DNA from: Pseudomonadota bacterium
GTDB lineage: Bacteria > Pseudomonadota > Gammaproteobacteria > Acidiferrobacterales > UBA6901
Direction of reading: 5' to 3'
Assembly: GCA_021785515.1 (NCBI GenBank)
Contig: JAJYEX010000004.1
Coordinates: 79,074-143,073, forward strand
Length of the DNA stretch: 64,000 nucleotides
Program-made: the position numbers and the translations under genes
In this document: one piece after another, positions 58,214 to 64,000 of the stretch
How positions within the stretch are numbered: position 1 is the stretch's first letter
Layout of the letters: the number at the start of each line of letters is the position of its first letter
The notes under the pieces: generated by a model
The model's input: only the letters and a program-made list of their open reading frames with translations
Database searches by the model: none
Told to the model about the DNA's origin: nothing

Positions 58214-59356
58214 ATGAAAAAGCCGTCGCAGGGGATCGGCACTTTGTCGCTTTTTCCGGGGGAGCCGGTGCGATCCATCAGCATTGTCGAGATGCCAGAG
58301 GTACCGTTGACCAAGGACCAGAAGACTTTCAACGGCCTGATTCGGAAAATCGAAGCGAGGCGCAAGAAACTCGCCGAATGGGATGCAGCCGGAACCCGGT
58401 TCAGGAGCAGGTATGCGGACACCCTGCTGCCACTGCAGCAGCAGGAACTTAAGCTGCAGATCCAGCTCGCAGAAGCGCTTGATTCGTCCCACAGGGGAAA
58501 AGGCGTAACAAAAGGCGAGCGGCGCAAGCTGTCGGCGTTGATTGTCGATCTGGCGGAGGAAATCCTGGAGCGGACCGAGCATGACGGAATCAAGGCGCTC
58601 TACAACCGCCATAGCCGGTCCGACTTCGACGCTGAGGAGGTGGCGCGTCAGGAGGAAATGAAGTCCGTGCTCGAAGCGATGCTGGGCGTGGAGCTGGGCG
58701 ATGATGTGGACATGGGCTCTCCCGGGGACGTTCTGGAGCAGCTCGAAAGTCAGTACAGATCGCAACAAGAGGAATCACCCGCTAGGAATGCAAAGCGCAG
58801 GCCCTCGATCAGGCAGCAGGCGCGCGCGGATTGCAAAGAAGCCGAGGAGAAACGGCTCAGCCAGTCCATACAAACCGTGTACCGAAAGCTGGCAAGCATG
58901 CTTCATCCGGACCGGGAGCCCGACCCGCAGGAGCGGCAGCGCAAGACGCTCCTCATGCAGCGCGCCAACGAAGCCTATGGAAAGGCCGACTTGCTCGGAC
59001 TGCTGGAACTGCAGCTGGAGCTGGAGCAGATCGATGCGAGACATTTCAGGGCGATCGAACCCCAACTGCTTGGGCGCTACATCAAGATTCTCAAGGGGCA
59101 ACTGAGCGAACTTGACCGTGAAGTGTATCGCGCGGAAATGGAATTTGTTGCACAGTTTAGTTTGCCGCCGTTCGGCAGAATCGATCCGAAGAATCTCATG
59201 TCCCTGCTGGCTGAAGGTGTGACCGCTTGCGAACTGGACATCCGGCGGCTGCGGAAGCACCTGGAGGCCGTAGGCCACGTTCCACGGCTGAAGGCGTGGC
59301 TGAAGACGTTTAGGCTAAAGCCCAGGCCTGCGGTCGACTTCGATTTTCTTTTCTGA
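58214..59356 (+). CDS. J-domain-containing protein (DnaJ-like co-chaperone module embedded in a coiled-coil protein)
   Basis: 380 aa. An internal J-domain with an HPD tripeptide reads VYRKLASMLHPDREPDPQERQRKTLLMQRANEAYGKADLLGLL. The flanking regions are charged and helical. Confidence 0.7.
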   Translation: MKKPSQGIGTLSLFPGEPVRSISIVEMPEVPLTKDQKTFNGLIRKIEARRKKLAEWDAAGTRFRSRYADTLLPLQQQELKLQIQLAEALDSSHRGKGVTKGERRKLSALIVDLAEEILERTEHDGIKALYNRHSRSDFDAEEVARQEEMKSVLEAMLGVELGDDVDMGSPGDVLEQLESQYRSQQEESPARNAKRRPSIRQQARADCKEAEEKRLSQSIQTVYRKLASMLHPDREPDPQERQRKTLLMQRANEAYGKADLLGLLELQLELEQIDARHFRAIEPQLLGRYIKILKGQLSELDREVYRAEMEFVAQFSLPPFGRIDPKNLMSLLAEGVTACELDIRRLRKHLEAVGHVPRLKAWLKTFRLKPRPAVDFDFLF

Positions 59357-59591
59357 TCAGTTTTTCAGACGGATTACAACAGGCGTTGATCCGGGTCAGC
59401 GATGCGGACGGTGACGCCATTTCTCTTGAGTCTGTTCGCGTGCTCGGTGCGGGAGCGCCCTGTGTCGAGCCGGTTGTTTCGAATACCGCACCCGGCCGTG
59501 ATCGCGCTGGGCTCGCGGAATGTGTGGCACGTTTATGGGTAACTCCGAGATCGGGATGCCGAGTGCCGGATGGCAAGGAGGATAGCTCGCA

Positions 59592-59705
59592 TGCGCACGG
59601 TGCCGCGCGTTCGGCTACCCCGTTGTCCCGTGTGTGGGCGCGCGGATGCAAAACCGCGGTCTCGGAATAGCCCATGACCGCAATCACGATGCATCGATCA
59701 ACCTA
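59592..59705 (+). pseudogene. C-terminal relic of a TnpB-like (IS200/IS605-family OrfB) gene
   Basis: CPVCG lies at 59624-59638. In a neighbouring frame, AHDRNHDASINL lies at 59670-59705, resembling the zinc-ribbon plus DRDxNAAINL end of TnpB. It is frameshifted, and there is no room for the remainder because the upstream gene ends at 59356. Confidence 0.35.
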
Positions 59706-60142
59706 ACCCGGCATAGCCGGATCCAAACAGGTCGAAGTCAGCGGGTTCACTCCCGCGAAAAACCAGGAACGAAACCCATGGGCGCGTCGTTAAGTGAGCG
59801 CGACCAGAATCGGTGGGCCGGGTACTGTCGAGCTGCGGCCGCATGGGCGTCACCGGGACGATCCCCGAGGCCTGATGCGCGCCGGGCCTGACGGGTTTCC
59901 TTAAGCCCGCAAGTTCCGCATCCTCGACTACCCGTGCTTCGCTGAACTCCTGCGGGACGGATTCGTGAGAACGCCGAACGTCTGGAAGGCGGAAGGGGTG
60001 GAAATTGAGTTCCTGCGCACGGCTTACATCCGCTAGGACGAGGTGGTGTCCGAAACGCTCGCCAAATGCAACGATCGCCCCGGGCTCATCCATCGTAGGG
60101 CGTAGCGGCCTTATGGCAGTTTCCGAAAGTCTTCCCCAAAGC

Positions 60143-61042
60143 CTATGCCAACAGTGGGCCGTTCGTTCCGGTGTTTCGCAATTTCGACGATTCGTAGTGT
60201 TGGGGGCTGCAGAATTGGGTGAGTGCGCACGGATATCGGAAACGGTCAAAGTCGGCCTCATACGCCCGGTAGACGAGGGCTGCAAGCTCGGACGTGTAAT
60301 AATCCTCCCAGGGTTGCCGCCTTGAGACATTCACCGGATGACGCCCGTGTCCGCGCACCGCCTCATCAGCACCGGCATGGTCGAATACCCTCTCAAAGTC
60401 CTGCTCGAACAGCTCGACCCGTCCGATAAAATCCAGCGCAATACCGGGGCGGTCAATGAGCTCGTGCTGGCACTGCCAATGTGCGTTGAGGTTGCGTGCC
60501 GCTGGTTCCGCTACAAAGCGGACGAAATCCGAAAACGACAGAGTCTGACCGAACCCGGCGGGCAGCGCCGGGTCGACGTCGCGGCGTGCAGCCAGGTATT
60601 GGTCGACGAACGAATCTCCGGCGACCAGCGGTTTATTCCGGAACTTGTTGGCCCAGCACGAAACCAGCCGGGCGTAAGGGTTGCGGACGAAGGAAAAGCG
60701 CAAGGTCTCTCTATCGGTTGCCAACCGGTAAAACTGCGAGAGCCCCACATGGTGGGGTGCCTTCAGGCCTGACAATGCGCGCTTATGGACCGCTTCGGGT
60801 GTCGACAAATTCCGACCCAGCAGGGCGCTCAGCGACATCTTAATGCGCGACGAAGCCGACTTCGGGACACAAAGATAAATGATGCGATGCTCTGGAAGGA
60901 CGTCGATATGGGCAGAAGGGTCGTATCCGCCGGCGATCATGCGGTAGTAAAACTCGTAGGCCAGGGGATCGGACCGTATGACGGCGGCGCGCCGCGCGCG
61001 TTCGCGTACCTGTCGAAGGCTAAGATGCACTATTCGCGACAT
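60143..61042 (-). CDS. Sulfotransferase-family protein (carbohydrate sulfotransferase-like)
   Basis: ORF 60143..61051. ATG 61042 is preferred (MSRIVHLSL...). It has the PAPS 5'-phosphosulfate-binding-type motif YLCVPKSASSRIK, followed by FSFVRNPYARLVSCWANKF. Confidence 0.7.
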   Translation of the reverse strand: MSRIVHLSLRQVRERARRAAVIRSDPLAYEFYYRMIAGGYDPSAHIDVLPEHRIIYLCVPKSASSRIKMSLSALLGRNLSTPEAVHKRALSGLKAPHHVGLSQFYRLATDRETLRFSFVRNPYARLVSCWANKFRNKPLVAGDSFVDQYLAARRDVDPALPAGFGQTLSFSDFVRFVAEPAARNLNAHWQCQHELIDRPGIALDFIGRVELFEQDFERVFDHAGADEAVRGHGRHPVNVSRRQPWEDYYTSELAALVYRAYEADFDRFRYPCALTQFCSPQHYESSKLRNTGTNGPLLA

Positions 61043-61990
61043 CGATTTCAATCGGAATCTCCCTGGTCGTAGGGGTACCGGAATATGGCATTGCCGTCAC
61101 GGCCACGGAGAAATCGCCCGCGGGCTGGGTCAGCGTCGCGCGTTAATCGCACCGACGAAACGTCCGACGCCATGAAACGGAGCAATGCCCAACCGCTTTT
61201 CAGAGCAGCGTTCAGGATAGCCGTACGGATATGGTACTGTTCGAAAAGCCCCGATAGAACATTAAATCTAAAGTTTCTGTGTCGACCAACACAAGACATC
61301 TTAATAGGATCATAAGCTGCCTTGGATCCGGCAGCGGTCAAGGTATCTGTCCGTACACCAACCGGGCTGTGGCAACGGCGCGATGACGTCGGCTCATGCT
61401 TTGACTTCCGATCGAAAACTCTGGGGATTGACGCCCACCGTCGGGCCTGGCATTTCCACAGAATCCGATCCCCTGTGATGCGATTATGTCATGCTGTCCG
61501 CAGCCTTGGGCCTGGAGCGCGTAAAATCCAGTAAAGAATTGCAAAGAATCGGCGCGGTCCTGACGTTACGGCAATGGCCGAGGCGACGACTCAAGATGAA
61601 AGGCCGCCAGGCCTCTGGCCCATGGCCTGCCTGGCCGACGACGTCACGCGCTGCTCCGAGTAGCGTCTGGGAGCAATTCGATCGCCCTGCGCGAGCCCGT
61701 TCAGACCTACCGATCGTGGGGCCATCTCTCGCGGGAATCGCAAACGTTGCATTGCAGCGAATGCCTTGCTTTGTCTAACGGTTGCGCACCAACCTGCCCC
61801 ATCCTTCGGGCGGGGGTTTTGATCTGCTTGGGCGGTATCGGGAAACGTCGGACTGGGGACATGGATAAGGGCCGGGTCATCGACGGCGAGCCGATGCGTC
61901 ATCCCGCTTTCGGAAAGAGTCGGTCGGTAAGTGGGTTTGGTGTGTCGGGGGTTGACCCCGCATTGGAGACCCGGGTATAGTGTTCAATAA

Positions 61991-62605
61991 ATGAACACAG
62001 AACGCAGCCGGGAGGATGTGCTGACTCTGGAGATTCTGGATGTCGTCCAGAAACAGAGTGACGTGAGTCAGCGGCATCTGGCGCAGCACCTTGGTGTCGC
62101 CCTGGGGCTTGCGAATTCCTATCTGAAGCGCTGTGTCCGCAAGGGCCTGATCAAGATCACCGAGGCACCGGCCAACCGATATCTGTATTATCTGACGCCC
62201 AAGGGATTTGCGGAAAAAAGCCGCCTTACCGCCCAGTACCTGAGCTACTCGTTTTCCTTTTATCGGCATGCCAGCGAATCCTGTGTGCGTGTCTTCGAGA
62301 CGTGCCGCGATCAGGGTTGGCGTCGGCTGCTGCTGTGCGGGGTATCGGATCTCGCGGACATCGCAACCCTGCGTGCCGGTGAGCAGGAGATCATCATCAT
62401 CGGGTTTTATGACCCCCGCAGTGAGCGCAGGCTATATCTCGACCGTCCGGTATGGCGGGAGTTTGGTGCGGTCGGCACGCACGATGCCTGCATGGTGACC
62501 GACTTCATGGCGCCGCAGATGATCTACGATCACCTGGCATGCCGCATGGACTGCGGCCGGGTGGTGGTACCGGATGTGCTGGGCCTTGTGCCGGAAGACC
62601 ACTGA
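61991..62605 (+). CDS. Winged-helix (MarR-like) transcriptional regulator with C-terminal Rossmann-like domain, typical of exopolysaccharide loci
   Basis: 204 aa. The wHTH reads ILDVVQKQSDVSQRHLAQHLGVALGLANSYLKRCVRKGLIKI...YLTPKG. Confidence 0.65.
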   Translation: MNTERSREDVLTLEILDVVQKQSDVSQRHLAQHLGVALGLANSYLKRCVRKGLIKITEAPANRYLYYLTPKGFAEKSRLTAQYLSYSFSFYRHASESCVRVFETCRDQGWRRLLLCGVSDLADIATLRAGEQEIIIIGFYDPRSERRLYLDRPVWREFGAVGTHDACMVTDFMAPQMIYDHLACRMDCGRVVVPDVLGLVPEDH

Positions 62606-62686
62606 CGAGCAGGGATGGGTCGGGCCTGGCGACGGCCCGATGCGCCGGGGCAGGGAAGACTGGACTGTGCGGAGCGCGCTCTGCAT

Positions 62687-62698
62687 GGCGGTAGCGTG
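62687..62698 (+). promoter_or_regulatory. ops (operon polarity suppressor) element, RfaH recruitment site
   Basis: GGCGGTAGCGTG matches the ops consensus GGCGGTAGnnTG exactly. It lies on the coding (non-template) strand, 313 nt upstream of the manC ATG and 82 nt after the regulator stop. Confidence 0.7.
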
Positions 62699-63010
62699 CC
62701 TGGCAGACCGTAGCGGCGACGATGTGGCTGTGCTGGCAGATGCCACCTATCCTAAACATTGATGTTGGATCATTATTTGGTTGGTGTTGCTCTTTATCTG
62801 CAGGTAAATAAGTTCGGGCATGGCAAATAGACGCAAGCGCCCATGGTATTTTTCGGCTTTGATGCTTAACTATACTATGAGTAATGCCAATAGGAATATT
62901 GTGTCCGATCACGGCAGACGCGTGGAGTGCATGGATGGCATTTGTTTTCTTGCGTTGGTCCTGGATTTGCCGCTGAATTCGTCGCGCCCTAATTCCGAGC
63001 ATTTGACTGA

Positions 63011-64000
63011 ATGACCATTCATCCGGTAATTCTTTCCGGCGGATCGGGGACGCGGCTTTGGCCGTTGTCGCGCGAGCATTATCCCAAGCAATTGCTGCCG
63101 CTGATGCACAAGCTGTCATTGCTGCAGGAAACAGCCGTGCGTCTGGATGGGTTTGATCATGTGGCCGACCCGGTGTTCCTCTGCAATGAAGAACACCGAT
63201 TCCTGGTAGCCGAACAGATTCGCCGGATTGGCAAGACGGCAGCGCGGATTGTGCTCGAGCCCGTCGGACGCAATACCGCACCGGCCATGACGCTTGCGGC
63301 GCTCGCGCTAATGAATTCGGGGCCGGACACGGTGATGCTGGTGATGCCCGCCGATCATGTCATCCGGGACGTCGCCGCTTTCCGGCAGGCCGTTGCGCGT
63401 GGTGCCGAACTGGCGCAAGACGGTCATCTGGTTACCTTTGGCATTGTGCCGAACGTGCCCGAGACAGGTTTCGGGTACATCCGCCGGGCGGAGCCCATCG
63501 GGACAACGAAGATGTGCGACAATGCTGAAGCCGCATTTCGCGTTGACCGCTTCGTCGAGAAGCCCGATATGGTCACGGCCCGCACGTACGTAGAGTCCGG
63601 CGAGTACTTCTGGAACAGTGGTATTTTCATGGCGCGCGCAGAGGTCTGGTTGGACGAAATCCGGGAGCACTATCCGGATATCGAGCAGGCGTGCACAAGG
63701 GCTTACGAGCAAGGCAAGGCGGACGCAGATTTTTTTCGCGTTGGCAGATCAGACTTTACCGGTTGCCCCAGCGTTTCCATCGACTACGCGGTCATGGAAA
63801 AGACCGATCGCGCCGTGGTGGTACCTCTGGACGCGGGCTGGTCCGATGTCGGTGCCTGGTCGGCATTGTGGGAAATTTCTCCGCATGATGCCCACGGCAA
63901 CGTCATCCGGGGCGACGTTGAAACCTATGCCACCCGCAATGCACTCGTGATCGCCCAGCACCGCCTGGTTGCGACAATCGGACTCGAGGACATGATTGTC
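63011..64000 (+). CDS. manC: Mannose-1-phosphate guanylyltransferase / mannose-6-phosphate isomerase (5' two-thirds; runs off the window)
   Basis: My own translation from ATG 63011 gives MTIHPVILSGGSGTRLWPLSREHYPKQLLPL...GRNTAPA...MPADH...GYIR...FVEKP...YFWNSGIF. The frame is open for 330 codons to the window end. It is not in the ORF track because it has no stop. Confidence 0.92.
   Translation, partial: MTIHPVILSGGSGTRLWPLSREHYPKQLLPLMHKLSLLQETAVRLDGFDHVADPVFLCNEEHRFLVAEQIRRIGKTAARIVLEPVGRNTAPAMTLAALALMNSGPDTVMLVMPADHVIRDVAAFRQAVARGAELAQDGHLVTFGIVPNVPETGFGYIRRAEPIGTTKMCDNAEAAFRVDRFVEKPDMVTARTYVESGEYFWNSGIFMARAEVWLDEIREHYPDIEQACTRAYEQGKADADFFRVGRSDFTGCPSVSIDYAVMEKTDRAVVVPLDAGWSDVGAWSALWEISPHDAHGNVIRGDVETYATRNALVIAQHRLVATIGLEDMIV

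Noticed and set aside
61048-61341. 97-aa ORF immediately upstream of the sulfotransferase gene
   Set aside because: It has no recognisable motifs and odd composition. The apparent coupling depends on a TTG start for the sulfotransferase, whereas an ATG nine nt downstream (61042) is more plausible.

Overview
High-GC proteobacterial chromosome segment. All homology calls were made by eye and from memory of protein families; no searches were run.

Positions 1 to about 41.5 kb are mostly conserved housekeeping genes:
- The start of a hyfB-hyfC-hyfE group-4 hydrogenase membrane module.
- corC-type transporter, ypjD and ffh.
- rsd, moaA and yciK.
- rmuC-gph-ubiG-mtaD and mtnA.
- The gyrA-serC-pheA-hisC-tyrA-aroA-cmk-rpsA-ihfB mixed-function supraoperon, expanded here by a serA-like dehydrogenase and a class I-beta DAHP synthase.
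- lapA-lapB-pyrF and rfaH.

Embedded in this core are:
- A head-to-head pair of Xre-RES toxin-antitoxin operons beside a truncated AraC gene.
- A response-regulator diguanylate cyclase.
- A 917-aa globin-like/GGDEF/EAL/CZB signalling protein.
- A GGDEF gene relic.

From about 41.5 to 62 kb lies a mosaic accessory region:
- Decayed IS5/IS1182-like, ISL3-like and TnpB-like relics.
- Two orphan secreted periplasmic-binding-fold proteins.
- A multiply disrupted SWIM-SNF2 helicase pseudogene fused tail-to-tail to the first 70 codons of a Wadjet jetA gene.
- A cardiolipin synthase.
- A lipoprotein built of seven near-identical 141-nt repeats (7-bladed beta-propeller).
- A GH5 hydrolase plus two paralogous secreted proteins of unknown function.
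- A third, apparently decaying, Xre-RES module.
- An MNT-HEPN module followed by a J-domain protein.
- A sulfotransferase.

At 62.7 kb an exact ops element (GGCGGTAGCGTG) sits in the leader of a manC-led polysaccharide operon, matching the rfaH gene 21 kb upstream.

No rRNA, tRNA or CRISPR array was found. I see no clearly novel multi-gene system. The best candidates for uncharacterised biology are the 51.5-56 kb propeller/GH5/paralog cluster and the orphan binding-protein pair at 43.7-45.7 kb.
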